From contig CAVUXE010000058.1 of the NCBI GenBank assembly GCA_963745235.1, forward strand, positions 64,001 to 128,000: a DNA stretch of 64,000 bases. The letters run 5' to 3'. Position 1 is the stretch's first letter. Each line of letters opens with the position of its first letter. Below are positions 43,406-54,517 of the stretch, in pieces. The stretch comes from an uncultured Spirochaetota bacterium. Its GTDB lineage: Bacteria; Spirochaetota; Spirochaetia; SZUA-6; Fen-1364. The notes beneath the pieces are model-generated. The model saw only the letters and a list, made by a program, of their open reading frames with translations, made no database searches and was not told the DNA's origin. A program made the translations under genes and the position numbers.

Positions 43406-43899
43406 CTAGTCCCCCTTTCGTCCCAGTGTGACGCAAGACGACGCCCGAGGTGGAACGCGCCGACGAGCCCGGCAAGGAGGAGGAACGCCGCCATCTCGGC
43501 GCCGAGGAGGTACGGACCGAAGAGCGCAATGCCCACCTGCCTGGGGCCGACCTCCTTTACCGCAAGAGGGGCGAAAGGTCCGGCGGCAATGACGTAGAGG
43601 AGCTCGGCAAGGAGGATCAGGCCAAGAATGACGGGCCCGATCCAGTCGCGGGCGCTCACGGTGTCGTTGCGCGGACCGATCAGCATGATCACGAAGACGA
43701 ACAGCACCATGATGGCCCCCGCGTAGATGATCACCTCCAGGGCCGCCACGAAGGCCGCGCCCAGGAGGAACATGATCACCGCCACCGCCAGGAGCGACAC
43801 CACGAGGTAGAGCAGCGCATGCACGGCGTTGCGCCGCGTGATCACCATGACCGTGGCCGCGACCGCCACGCACGCGCTTGCCGCGAAGACGGGGTTCAC
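43406..43899 (-). CDS. nuoJ: Complex I subunit J
   Basis: [39 protein letters not shown]. Confidence 0.9.
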
Positions 43900-44411
43900 G
43901 GCAGGAGGCTCCGCAGGTCCACGGGCGGCCGCTCGTTCTCCGCCTCTCCCTTGCCCTTGCCGCTGATCTCCATCCCGGAGACCTTGTAGAAGTTGTAGCC
44001 GGGATACTTGCCCGGGCCCGAGATGAGGAGGTCTTCCTTCTCGTAGACGAGGTTCTTGCGCTCGTACTCGGCCATCTCGTAGTCGGGGGTGAGCTGGATG
44101 GCGAACGTCGGGCAGGCTTCCTCGCAGAGCCCGCAGTAGATGCAGCGGGAGAAGTTGATCCGGAAGAAGTCGGGCTTTCGCCGGCCCTTCTCGTCGATTG
44201 CCGCCTGCAGGGCGATGCAGGCCACCGGGCACACCGCGGAGCAGAGGTGGCAGGCCACGCAGCGCTCTTCCCCGTCGGGGTCGCGCGTGAGCACGATCCG
44301 CCCCCGCCAGCGCGCGGGAAGCGTGCGCTTCTTCTCGGGATAGAGAACCGTCACCCTCTTGTGGAAGGCGTGACGGAAAGTGATCCAGAGCGTCCTCAGG
44401 ATGCTCCACAT
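43896..44411 (-). CDS. nuoI: Complex I subunit I
   Basis: [27 protein letters not shown]. Confidence 0.95.
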   Translation of the reverse strand: MWSILRTLWITFRHAFHKRVTVLYPEKKRTLPARWRGRIVLTRDPDGEERCVACHLCSAVCPVACIALQAAIDEKGRRKPDFFRINFSRCIYCGLCEEACPTFAIQLTPDYEMAEYERKNLVYEKEDLLISGPGKYPGYNFYKVSGMEISGKGKGEAENERPPVDLRSLLP

Positions 44412-44475
44412 GACACCAGACTCCTTCGGGCGCCCCGCGCAGCGCCTGACCTCTGCGCCCCCGGGGGCGCGTTCT

Positions 44476-45434
44476 CTATCTACCGACGGCCAGCACGACG
44501 GCGCCGGTCACCGCAAGGTTCAAAAGCGAGAGGGGAAGCATGAGCTTCCAGCCGAACGCAAGAAGCTGGTCGTAGCGGGGCCGGGGAAGGGCCGCGCGCA
44601 CCAGGATGAAAAACGCGATGAAGGCCAGGGTCTTCAGGAGGAACCAGACGATGGGCGGAAGGAAGGGGCCCTGCCAGCCGCCGAAGAACAGCGTCACGAT
44701 CATCATGGAGATCAGCGTGATCCCGATGTACTCCCCGACGTAGAACATGGCGAACTTGAAGCCGGAGTATTCGGTGTGGTAGCCGGCCACCAGCTCGCTC
44801 TCCGCCTCCGGCAGGTCGAAGGGAAGGCGCCGCGTCTCCGCGAGCCCCGCGATGAAGAACACGACGAAGCCCACGAACTGCGGCACCACGAACCACAGCC
44901 CGCGCTGCGCCGCCACGATGTCCTGCAGGCTGAAGGAGCCCGCCATGCAGCGACCACGCCCATGAGGGAGAGGCCCATGAACACCTCGTAGCTCACCATC
45001 TGGCCCACGGCGCGGATGCTGCCCAGGAGCGAGTACTTGTTGTTGGAGGCCCACCCGGCCAGGGCGACGCTGTAGACGGCGAAAGAGGACATGGCAAGGA
45101 AAAAGAGGAGGCCGATGTCGAGGTCGGACACCAGGATGGCAGGGGCAATGGGGATGACGGCAAAGGAGGCCAGGGTGGTGATCATGATGATGGCAGGGGC
45201 GATGACGAACACCGCCTTGTCGGCGAAGGGAGGGATCCAGTTCTCCTTGGTGAAGATCTTCAGCATGTCCGCGACCACCTGGAGGACGCCGAAGGGGCCG
45301 GCCCGGTTGGGTCCGTAGCGCTCCTGGAAGAAGCCCAGGAGGCGCCGCTCGACCCAGATCACTCCCGCGGCCAAGAGCATGACGCCGATGATGACCCCGA
45401 GGATCACGACGACGGCGAGAGCTGCAACGCTCAC
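44476..45434 (-). CDS. nuoH: Complex I subunit H (frameshift near 44950)
   Basis: [46 protein letters not shown]. Confidence 0.93.
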
Positions 45435-48169
45435 TGTGCGCCTCCTCGGATCCCCGTCACGCGCACGTGGGCCGGCAGCTCCCTGATAGGCATCCCGGGC
45501 ACTCCCCAGGGAACGCTCGCCACTCCCGGAGGCAGGTCCCGCACTACGACGGGGAGCGTTGCGGAGACCGTCTCCCCCTGGCCGTCCCGAATTGCCACCT
45601 GCGCCCGTTGCCCTTCGGCAAGCCCCAGCGCCGCGGCGTCTGCCGCGCAAACAGCAATGCAGGGAGCCGGCGTCCGCGATGCGATCCCCCGGGAAAGCAC
45701 CGACAGCTCCTCCGAGCCGAATACATGGTGCCGGGCGACAAGGAGAAGCTGTCCCGGCGCGCCGGCGGCGCTTGGCGGGGGAGGGGAGAAATAGCTTCCC
45801 CCGGCCTGGGCCGGCGGCTCAACCAGGCGCAGGCCGGGATCTCCGCCGCGCAAAGGACCGCCCACTTCGATCTGGAACTTGTTGAGAGACTGGTCCGAGT
45901 TCCACCCCGGGGACCAGAACCTCGGGATGAGACTCGATGGCGGCTGCGTGAGGCGCCCTTCCATGGTGAATGCAAGGGGGGAGCTCACGTCCTGCGCGGG
46001 CTTGGGCTCGTGGAGGTTGATATTCGCGGTGACTGCCGTTCGGCCGGTCTCCCGGTGGCTCTTTCGGGGGATGGCCTGGCCGACCATTCGGAAGCTCGCC
46101 TGCGGCGCGGCTTCCCGGACCTTCGCAAGCTCGGGCAGCTTTGCGGCGATCTCGGAAAGGAGGGCGTCAAGGTTCTCCCAGGCACCGGGGCGCTGCCCGG
46201 CGGCGGAGGCAAGCTCTCCCAGCCACATCCACGCATCCCTGGCCGGCTCGGTGGGCGGAAAGACGGCAAAGAACCGCTGCGCCCGGCCCTCCAGAGACAC
46301 AAGCGTCCCGCTGGATTCGGCGTATGTAGTAGACGGAAGGAGGATTTCGGATCTTTCCGTAGTCGGGTTGGCGGTGTGATCGAGGGTTATCACGTGCGCC
46401 GCGCCGGCCAGGAGAGAACCGGCAGTGGCCGCGTCAACCTCGCGGAAGAGGTCGTTCTCCGCCACAACAAGCGTGACGCCTGCTGATTCACGGACTGCCT
46501 TGCGGGCGGACTCGATGCCGCCGCGGGCCATCATTGCCACGGCAAAGCTGTTGGCTTCGGGAAAGACCATGCTCATCCGCGGGCTCTTGCCGGCGGCCTT
46601 GAGGGCGCGGCAGAGGTTTGCGGATGCCTGGATGATCTCGGGGCTGCCCAGGCTGCACCCGCTGACCACGAGGGGCTTCTCAGAGAGCATGAAAGCGCGT
46701 GCAACCCGCTGGGCAAGCAGGCGCGTTTCGTCGCTTATGCCGTCCACGGCGGGGGCCGCGCGGTCTATCTCGTGGGCCACGGCAAACCCAAGGCGCGCAA
46801 TCTCCCGGGGCGCGGCGTGGAAGCTTTCGGCGGCAACGCTGTCCAGCTCCGTGGGCTCCACCGTCGCAACAAAGAACGGGCCTCTCTTGTCATGCGTCGC
46901 TTCGCGGAGCGCAGCATCTTCCCACCTGTTGATGCGCTTCTGCTTCATGGCCGTAGCAACCGGAACGTTCGCGGCGGCCTGTCTGAGGGTGAGGGCAAGG
47001 ATGGGGGCCGTGTTCCACACGTCCTCTCCGAGCACCATCACGGCGTCTGAGGCGCCGGCATCCCGCAAGGAGGCGCTGGGCGCCGGGCCGTCCACCAGGC
47101 TCTCCAGCATCCGGCGCAGGAGGTCAAACCTGGAGTCGCTTGACCCCGCGTAGAAGTTCTGCGGTCCCACCAGCTCCCGAAGGGCGAAATTGGTCTCAAC
47201 CGAAGCCCGGGCGGAACCGATCCCGATCAGCCGCCCGCTCTTCACCGCCTGCGCCGCCTGGGTGAACGCCTCAGCCGGCGCGGCCGCCGTGAGCGCGCCC
47301 CCCGCGCGGACCATGGCCTGCCTGATCCGGAGCGTTCCGTTCACGAACTCGTATCCGTAGCGGCCGCGGTCACAGAGGAAGTATCCGTTGACCTCGCCGT
47401 TGTACCGTGTGCGCACGCGCCGCAGCATTCCGTAGCGCTCGCCGGGGATGGTGTTGCAACCCACCGCGCACAGCGTGCAGACCGAGGGTGCCGTCTGCAG
47501 GTCCCATTTGCGCGTGTAATGCTCGCGCAGCGTCTTGTCCGTGAACACCCCCGTGGGGCAGACCTCCACGAGATTCCCGCTGAACTCGTTCTCCAGCACG
47601 CCATCCTCATGGCGTCCGAAGTAGACGTTGTCATGGGCGCCCAGGACCTCCAGGTCCCGTCCGCCTGCGAAGTCCCTGTAGAAGCGGATGCACCGGTAGC
47701 ACTGGATGCACCTGTTCATCTCATGGTTGAGAAAGGGCCCCAGGTCCTGGTTCCTGTGCGTGCGCTTTGTGAACCGGTAGCGGCGGTACGTGTGGCCGGT
47801 CATGACGGTCATGTCCTGCAGGTGACATTCCCCGCCCTCGTCGCAGATGGGGCAGTCATGGGGATGGTTCACCATGAGCCACTCTGTGACTCGTGCCCGC
47901 ATCTCCGAGGCCTCGGGATCATCCACGGCGACGCGCATCCCGTCGGTGACCGGCGTCATACAGGACATGACGATGCGTCCCCGGGTGTCGGCGGCGTCAC
48001 GGAACACCTTGACCGCGCACTGCCGGCAGGCGCCCACGGAGTGCAGCGCGGGATGCCAGCAAAAGTAGGGGAGATTGAAACCAAGGGAGAGGCACACGTG
48101 GAGGAGGTTCTTGCCCTCACCCTCCACATCGTACCTGCGTCCATCGATCGTTATGGCCAGTTGCTTCAT
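45431..48169 (-). CDS. nuoG: Complex I subunit G, long E. coli-type with N7 cluster
   Basis: [43 protein letters not shown]...FLCDRGR. Confidence 0.95.
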   Translation of the reverse strand: MKQLAITIDGRRYDVEGEGKNLLHVCLSLGFNLPYFCWHPALHSVGACRQCAVKVFRDAADTRGRIVMSCMTPVTDGMRVAVDDPEASEMRARVTEWLMVNHPHDCPICDEGGECHLQDMTVMTGHTYRRYRFTKRTHRNQDLGPFLNHEMNRCIQCYRCIRFYRDFAGGRDLEVLGAHDNVYFGRHEDGVLENEFSGNLVEVCPTGVFTDKTLREHYTRKWDLQTAPSVCTLCAVGCNTIPGERYGMLRRVRTRYNGEVNGYFLCDRGRYGYEFVNGTLRIRQAMVRAGGALTAAAPAEAFTQAAQAVKSGRLIGIGSARASVETNFALRELVGPQNFYAGSSDSRFDLLRRMLESLVDGPAPSASLRDAGASDAVMVLGEDVWNTAPILALTLRQAAANVPVATAMKQKRINRWEDAALREATHDKRGPFFVATVEPTELDSVAAESFHAAPREIARLGFAVAHEIDRAAPAVDGISDETRLLAQRVARAFMLSEKPLVVSGCSLGSPEIIQASANLCRALKAAGKSPRMSMVFPEANSFAVAMMARGGIESARKAVRESAGVTLVVAENDLFREVDAATAGSLLAGAAHVITLDHTANPTTERSEILLPSTTYAESSGTLVSLEGRAQRFFAVFPPTEPARDAWMWLGELASAAGQRPGAWENLDALLSEIAAKLPELAKVREAAPQASFRMVGQAIPRKSHRETGRTAVTANINLHEPKPAQDVSSPLAFTMEGRLTQPPSSLIPRFWSPGWNSDQSLNKFQIEVGGPLRGGDPGLRLVEPPAQAGGSYFSPPPPSAAGAPGQLLLVARHHVFGSEELSVLSRGIASRTPAPCIAVCAADAAALGLAEGQRAQVAIRDGQGETVSATLPVVVRDLPPGVASVPWGVPGMPIRELPAHVRVTGIRGGAQ

Positions 48170-49434
48170 TTGAAGGGGCACCTCTTCTGGCGGACATGGG
48201 CGTCGAAGTCTTCGCGGAAGAGCCGCAGCGCGCTCTGCAGAGGCTCCACGGCCCCCGGGGCCAGGGCGCAGAACGTACGGCCGGGGCCGAGGAGCCTCCC
48301 GTGCTGTTCAAGAATCTCGATGTCCCGCTGCTCCCCCGTGCCATCTTCCAGGGCCTGGAGGATCCGCGCGACCCACGGAAGGCCTTCACGGCAGGGGGTG
48401 CACCATCCGCAGGACTCGCGGGCGAAGAACTTCTCCAGGCTGAGCAGCATCCCGATGGGGCAGGTGCGATGGTCCAGGACGACGACTGTGCCCGTCCCGA
48501 GCCGGCTCCCCGCCTTGGCCACGGAATCGAAATCCATTTTCACATCCAGCTGGTCCGCGGTGAGAAAATCCGTGGATGCGCCTCCCGGGATGAGGCCGCG
48601 CAGCGAGAGCCCGTCCGCCATTCCCCCGGCGTGCTCGTAGATGATCTCCCGCAGCGTCGTGCCCATGGGGAGCTCCCAGAGGCCCGGCTTCTTCACTTTG
48701 CCGCTCACACCGTATATCTTCGTTCCCGCGTCAGGAGAGGCGCTCAGCGTCTTGTACCAGTCCGGGCCCTCTCGAAGGATATGGGGGACGTTGCTCAGCG
48801 TCTCCACGTTGTTGACAACTGTCGGCCTGCCCCACAAACCGCTCACCTGGGGGAACGGCGGCTTGTTGCGCGGTATTGCGCGCCGTCCCTCCAGCGCATT
48901 CAGAAGCCCTGTTTCCTCACCGCACATGTACCTGCCGGCGCTCAGGTGCAGCCGCATCTCCAGGCCCCATGAGGAGCCCAGGATTCCTTTTCCGAGGTAG
49001 CCGCGCTGGTACGCTTCCGCAATGGCTTTCTCAATGTTTCTGGCCGCTGCTGTATATTCGCGCCGCAGGAAGATGTAGGCGATGTCAGCCTTGACGGCCC
49101 ACGCGGCGATGATGGTCCCCTCGATGAGCTGATGCGTGTTGCCTTCCAGGAGGAGACGGTCCTTCATGGTGCCCGGCTCTTTCTCGTCAGCGTTGACCAC
49201 GACATAGCGGTGTCCCGCCGTGTCATCCATGGGAACGAAGCTCCACTTCTGTCCCGTGGGGAACCCCGCGCCGCCCCTGCCGCGCAGGCCGGACTTTATC
49301 ACGGTCTGCTGGACGTCCTGCGGACTTGCGCCCAGCGCCTTGCGAAGCCCCTGGTATCCGCCGGCGGCTTCATAGGCGCGCACATCCAGGTAGGAGCGGT
49401 CAGGCCGGATATCAGCCGTGAGCGGTGTGGGCAT
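48166..49434 (-). CDS. nuoF: Complex I subunit F
   Basis: GRGGAGFPTG, NADE.EPG, YMCGEET, ESCGWCTPCREG. Confidence 0.96.
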   Translation of the reverse strand: MPTPLTADIRPDRSYLDVRAYEAAGGYQGLRKALGASPQDVQQTVIKSGLRGRGGAGFPTGQKWSFVPMDDTAGHRYVVVNADEKEPGTMKDRLLLEGNTHQLIEGTIIAAWAVKADIAYIFLRREYTAAARNIEKAIAEAYQRGYLGKGILGSSWGLEMRLHLSAGRYMCGEETGLLNALEGRRAIPRNKPPFPQVSGLWGRPTVVNNVETLSNVPHILREGPDWYKTLSASPDAGTKIYGVSGKVKKPGLWELPMGTTLREIIYEHAGGMADGLSLRGLIPGGASTDFLTADQLDVKMDFDSVAKAGSRLGTGTVVVLDHRTCPIGMLLSLEKFFARESCGWCTPCREGLPWVARILQALEDGTGEQRDIEILEQHGRLLGPGRTFCALAPGAVEPLQSALRLFREDFDAHVRQKRCPFK

Positions 49435-49906
49435 CGGATTCCTTTCTGCATCTGGCAATGATCTCATCCGCCCGCTCGGGCGTGATGTCCTCATGGATCT
49501 CACCGTCCACCAGCAGGGCGGGCCCCCTGTCGCATGCGCCGAGGCAGCCGACAGGGATGAGCGTGAACATCCCGTCAGCGGTCGTGCCGCCCATCTCCAC
49601 GCCCAGGCGTGTGCGCAGGTGGTCCGAGATCCGCTGCTCTCCCATGACGAAACAGCTCACGCTGTCGCACACCATGATCACGTGCTTTCCCACGGGGCTG
49701 CGGAACACGAGGTCGTAGAAGGTCGCAATCCCGTCCACCTCCTCAACCGTCATCCCGAGCGCTTCAGCAACGTCGGATATCGCCTCGGAGGAAACCCAGC
49801 CCCGGCTTTCCTGGAGGATCATGAGCGCCTCGGAGACCGCTCCCCGTTTCTGCTCGTGGTGCCGCGTTTCCGCCTCAATGAGCTGTCTTTCCTTCTCGCT
49901 CAGCAT
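49412..49906 (-). CDS. nuoE: Complex I subunit E
   Basis: ATFY, CDSVSC, CLGACDRGP. Confidence 0.95.
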   Translation of the reverse strand: MLSEKERQLIEAETRHHEQKRGAVSEALMILQESRGWVSSEAISDVAEALGMTVEEVDGIATFYDLVFRSPVGKHVIMVCDSVSCFVMGEQRISDHLRTRLGVEMGGTTADGMFTLIPVGCLGACDRGPALLVDGEIHEDITPERADEIIARCRKESDAHTAHG

Positions 49907-49921
49907 GTCCTTCTCATTCCC

Positions 49922-51666
49922 CTACCGGTCCAGGTCTGCGAGCACGTAGTCGATGCTCCCGAGAATGGTCACGAGATCCGGCACCGTCAGCCCGCGGCTC
50001 ATCATGGGCACCATCTGGATGTGCGCGAATGACGGCGTTCTGATGCGGGTCCGATAGCTCATGGTGCCCCCGTCGCTGACAAGATAATAGCCATGGTTTC
50101 CCTTGGATCCCTCGGTCACGAAGGTCGCTTCCCCGGGAGGTATCACGGGACCCCAGCTCACGCCGAGGAAATGATTGATGAGCGTCTCGATGTCGTGCAT
50201 CGTGCGCTCCTTGCGCGGCGGGGTGGCCAGGGGATGGTCCGACTTGTAGGGTCCGCCAGGCATGCCGGCGAGGCATTGCTCGATGATCCGCAGGCTCTGG
50301 TGCATCTCCTCCACGTGCACCGCGAGGCGGTCATAGGAGTCCCCGTGCGTTGCTGTGGGCACATCGAACTGGAACATATCGTAGCCGCCGTAGGGACGGT
50401 TCTTGCGGATGTCGTAGCTCACGCCGCTTCCCCGCAGGAACGGGCCCGTGGCGCCCCACTCCAGCGCCTCCCGGGCGCTCACCGTGCCAATCCCGACCAT
50501 GCGGGCCTTCACAATCCGGTTCTTCATGACGGAGGCGTCGTAGTCCCTCAGCCTCTTGTGCATGTAAGCGCAGAAGTCCCGCACCATGGTGTCCCAGCCG
50601 GTCGGGAGGTCCTGGGCTACCCCGCCGATTCGAAACCACGCGGGGTGCATCCGACCGCCGGTGACCGCCTCCACAATGTCGAACGCGCGCTCCCGGTCAG
50701 TGAACATCCAGAATACCATGGACATCTGGCCGAGATCCGCGGTGAAGGTGCCGAAGTAGACGAGATGGCTGATGATGCGGAAGATCTCCGCCATCATGAT
50801 CCGGATCACCTTCGCCCTGTCGGGGACCGTGATTCCCGCGAGGGTCTCGACCGCCAGGACGTAGGGGAAATTGTTCAGCACGCCGCCCAGGTAGTCGATG
50901 CGGTCAGTGTAGGGGATGTAGGTGTGCCAGCTCTGGCGTTCTCCCATTTTTTCCGCGCCGCGGTGATGGAAGCCAATCTCGGGCACGACATCCACGATCT
51001 CTTCTCCGTCCAGCTGCGTGACGAAGCGAAGGACGCCGTGCGTGGACGGGTGCTGGGGCCCGAAGTTCAGGAACATGAACTCGTGCTCCTGGCTTTCCCG
51101 CTTCATGCCCCAGTCCTCGGGACGGAACTCCATCATGGTAAGCATCCGGGCGGCGTCCTCGCTGGACATCTGGAATGGTCCCATCTCGGTTGCGCGCGCC
51201 GGGTGCTCCTTTCGCAGGGGGTGGCCCTCCCACCAGGGCGGCATCAGGATGCGGAAGAGGTGGGGATGGCCGTCGAACGTGATGCCGAACATGTCCCAGA
51301 CCTCGCGCTCGTACCAGTCCGCGTTGGAGTAAACGGTAGTCACGAGCCAACGGATGGGTGCTCGCCGGAAAGGGCAACTTTGATCCGGACGTCCTGGTTG
51401 CGCTCCAGGGACAGCAGATGGTAGACGACGGTGAAGTCGGAGGGCGGCTGGCCTTCCCGGTGCACCCGTGTCCGCTCATCAATGGCCGTGATGTCCCACA
51501 ACATCGGGTAGGCACCCTTCGGCGAGCTCTTCAGGTAGCGAAGGACAGCTGCCAGGAGCTCGGAGCTCACCCACGCGGTCGGGATGCCATCCCTCGTGGG
51601 CTGGGCAAGAACGGCCGCCTGGCCGAAGCGATCAGCGAGCTCCTGCAGCAACCCCGTTGATCGCAT
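49922..51666 (-). CDS. nuoCD: Complex I fused subunit C/D (frameshift near 51342)
   Basis: [44 protein letters not shown]. Confidence 0.93.
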
Positions 51667-51696
51667 GAACTTTCCTTCACTTTCCCGAGCCGCGGG

Positions 51697-52296
51697 CTAC
51701 AGCCCGTCCGGCGATCGAAGATCCGTCTGCTTCTGCCGCTCGGGCCGCATGGCGTCCCTGAGGGACGGCTTGGCGGACCGGACGACCCCCTGCGGTCCCA
51801 CCAGCCAGGAAAGCGGCCGCTTCTCGCTGGCCACCGCTTCTCCCAGAAGCACGAGACCGCGCATGAATGCATCAGGGCTCGGCGGGCAGCCCTGTACATA
51901 GACGTCGACGGGAAGGAAAGTGTCGACTCCCTGCACGACGCTGTAGATGTCGTACATGCCCCCCGATCCCGCGCAGGAGCCCATGCAGATGACCCAGCGG
52001 GGCTCCATCATCTGCTCGTACATGTGCAGGACAAGGGGCGCCATCTTCACGAACACGGTGCCGGCAACCACCATCAGGTCCGCCTCCCGGGGGGACCCGC
52101 GGATGATTTCCGACCCGAACCGTGCGATGTCGTACTTGCTCGTGATGGAGGTTGCCATCTCCACGTAGCAGCAGGAGAGGCCGAAATTGAAGGGCCAGAT
52201 GGAGTACTTGCGGCTCCAGGCCAGGAGGTCTGCCCTGCGGGCAAGGTACAGGTCTCCGTACGTCGATGCCCGGACTCCCGCTGATTCAGCGTGCAC
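51697..52296 (-). CDS. nuoB: Complex I subunit B
   Basis: [28 protein letters not shown]. Confidence 0.95.
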   Translation of the reverse strand: MHAESAGVRASTYGDLYLARRADLLAWSRKYSIWPFNFGLSCCYVEMATSITSKYDIARFGSEIIRGSPREADLMVVAGTVFVKMAPLVLHMYEQMMEPRWVICMGSCAGSGGMYDIYSVVQGVDTFLPVDVYVQGCPPSPDAFMRGLVLLGEAVASEKRPLSWLVGPQGVVRSAKPSLRDAMRPERQKQTDLRSPDGL

Positions 52297-52690
52297 TGCT
52301 CACCCCATGCCTTTCCCGGTGCTCGCGAAGCCTGCGCGCTCCCCAGGCGAAAGCGCCCATCCTCCACAGGTATGCAAGCCCGACCACTGTCTCGATCATG
52401 AACACGAGGATGGCCGCATAGCCCACCCAGCCCAGCTGGCGCACCGCAACAGCCCAGGCAAAGAGGAAGACAGCGGAGACGTCGAAGATGACGAAGAACA
52501 TCGATACAAGATAGAAATCCGCCGAAAAGCGAAGCCGGGCGGAACCGGTGGGCGTCACGCCGGATTCGTAGGGGTCAGCGGTCCCCTTCTGGAGGTGCCG
52601 CTCTCCCGAGAGGTGCGTCACCACCATGAGAAGCCCGACGAGCACGATCACCACGGCAAGGTAGGCAGCCAGCGACAGCAGTGCGTTCAT
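52286..52690 (-). CDS. nuoA: Complex I subunit A
   Basis: [18 protein letters not shown]; GGAGAG RBS. Confidence 0.92.
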   Translation of the reverse strand: MNALLSLAAYLAVVIVLVGLLMVVTHLSGERHLQKGTADPYESGVTPTGSARLRFSADFYLVSMFFVIFDVSAVFLFAWAVAVRQLGWVGYAAILVFMIETVVGLAYLWRMGAFAWGARRLREHRERHGVSSAR

Positions 52691-52705
52691 TTGCTCTCCG
52701 CGCGA

Positions 52706-52769
52706 CCACGGCTTCGCCGTGGCATTCTGCGTGCGATCGACGTTCGACGATGCCACGGTGAAGCCGTGG
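52706..52769. repeat. Inverted pair of 20-bp palindromic units (REPIN-like) in the nuo leader
   Basis: CCACGGCTTCGCCGTGGCAT (52706-52725) and ATGCCACGGTGAAGCCGTGG (52750-52769) are reverse complements at 19 of 20 positions. Confidence 0.75.
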
Positions 52770-52783
52770 CGGTAATCGCCTAA

Positions 52784-52812
52784 AATCTATTCACGCGGCG
52801 GCGCGGAGTCAA
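52784..52812 (-). promoter_or_regulatory. nuo operon promoter TTGACT-17-TAGATT
   Basis: Near-consensus hexamers with 17-nt spacer, ~95 nt upstream of nuoA. Confidence 0.65.
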
Positions 52813-53667
52813 GGAATCGCTTGCGCAATCACGTAATCGAGGAGATCGTGAAGGCTTTTGCGGTATCTCGTATCCGGAAGGGACGCAATCCCCTCTTGCG
52901 CGCTCTGCGCGTGCCGCAGGGCTTTTGCGCGGAGGTCCACGGCGGACTCCAGCCCATGATCCTGGTCCATCACGTCATCTATCATCTGGAATGTGAGGCC
53001 GAAGTCCAGGCCAAGGCCGCTCAGCCTGGCCACCGTGTCCCCGGCCGCCTCCCCGAGCAGCGCGGCGGTCCTGCAGCATGCGGAAAAGAGGACCGCGGTC
53101 TTGTCCGTCGCTATCTCTTCGTAGAGGTCGAAAGGCAGGGGACGCGCGCTGGCCCGGGCTTCCTGGGCAATGATCTCACCCATGCACATGGCCTTGGTGG
53201 TTTCCAGGAAGACATCCAGCATCGCGAAGCGTTTGCGGGCGTCGATCCGGGAGAGACCGGTAATGAGCGTGAAGAAATGCGTGTACAGGATGTCCCCCGC
53301 CAGGACGGCTATCCTGTTGCCGAACCGTTTGTTCAGGCTCACCTGGTGACGACGAGAGTCCGCCCCGTCAATGACATCGTCATGGACCAGGGAGGCGGCG
53401 TGGAGCACTTCCACCGCCGCGGCAAGGGACACCAACGAATCGCTGTCCGCGCTGGCCCCCAGCGCGCGGTAGGACAACAGCACCATTGCCCGGTCGTATC
53501 CTCTTGCCCGGCACCGCGAAGGGGTGCTGCACGATCCCGCCGAGGATCCCGAGCCGGGTCCGGCGCGGGTCCATCTCCGAGCCGACGTGCTCCATGAGGC
53601 TTTTCAGCTCCGCATCCACCGCGTTCATGTCATCCTGAAGGGGCTCGAACACCTTGTCCAGGGTCAT
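52809..53667 (-). CDS. Polyprenyl diphosphate synthase-family protein (frameshift near 53490)
   Basis: GKRIRP, ASLVHDDVID..RR, GD, KTA, FQMIDDVMD. Confidence 0.85.
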
Positions 53668-54393
53668 GGGTTTGCTCCCGCCCCCCGTGGGGTGCGCCCG
53701 ATGTGCAGGTAGGCCGCGCCGAAAGTGAGCGCGTGGTAGACGACACGCTCCAGCCCCGCGGTCCTCATGAGATCACGGAGGCCCCGGGGAGCGGGGAAGC
53801 TTCGGATGGAGTCAGCCAGATACCAGTAGGCGCTGCCGTTGGTTGCCAGGAGCCGCGCGATCCGCGGCAGGACACTGCCGAGGTAGACGCCGTAGATGGC
53901 GCGAAACGCGCGGACCGGGGCGAAGGTCATCTCCAGCACCATGACCTGGCCGCCCGGGACCGTGACCCGCGCCATCTCCCGGAAGGGCCGCCAGCTTGTC
54001 TGGAATGTTTCGCATCCCGAACGCGACGGCGGTCACATCGAAGCTTTTGTCCGCGAAAGGGAGGGCAAGCGCATCCCCGCAGAGGAGCGTAACCCGGTCA
54101 CCCAGGCCTCTTGCCTGCACTTTCTTTCTGGCGATTTCGAGCATCGGCTCGGCGAAGTCAATGCCGGTGACGCGGAGGGCAGGGTATTTCCGCGCAGCCT
54201 CGAGAGCGAGGTCTGCCGTGCCTGTTGCCACGTCGAGGAATCTCCCGGGGGCGCGATGGCGCATCTTCTCCACCGTGAACCGACGCCACCCCACGTCGCG
54301 CCGCAGGCTGAGAAAGTGATTGAGGAAGTCATACCTCTCGTGCGCTGTCGTGAAGATGTCTTTCACGACGCCGGTCTGACCCGCCTGACTCAT
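53664..54393 (-). CDS. menG: UbiE/MenG demethylmenaquinone methyltransferase (frameshift near 53985; alternative start at 54420)
   Basis: YDFLNHFLSLRRD..WRR, LDVATGTADL, GDALALPF, AFGMRN, YLADSIRSFP. Confidence 0.85.
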
Positions 54394-54454
54394 GGACCGC
54401 AGCGGTGGGTAGTTTCGCATTGTCTCCAGCGGAATATACCAAAACCCCGTCAAA

Positions 54455-54497
54455 TGAAAAGCCCCGCTCCATTCATCTACGAGGAAAGGAGCGGGGC
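54455..54497 (-). terminator. Intrinsic terminator after ppdK
   Basis: 10-bp stem GCCCCGCTCC/GGAGCGGGGC followed by TTTT on the minus strand. Confidence 0.7.
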
Positions 54498-54517
54498 CGG
54501 ATGTCCGACCGACCAGG

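Noticed and set aside
42994-43899. Apparent NuoJ-NuoK fusion in one ORF
   Set aside because: An RBS-like GGGGG followed by TAG-ATG sits at the normal J/K boundary (43403-43408). Nearby indels explain the read-through.
51340-51343. GTGA overlap suggesting naturally split nuoC and nuoD
   Set aside because: The break falls inside the NuoC domain, before the WYERE motif. A 1-nt deletion in a fused nuoCD is more likely.
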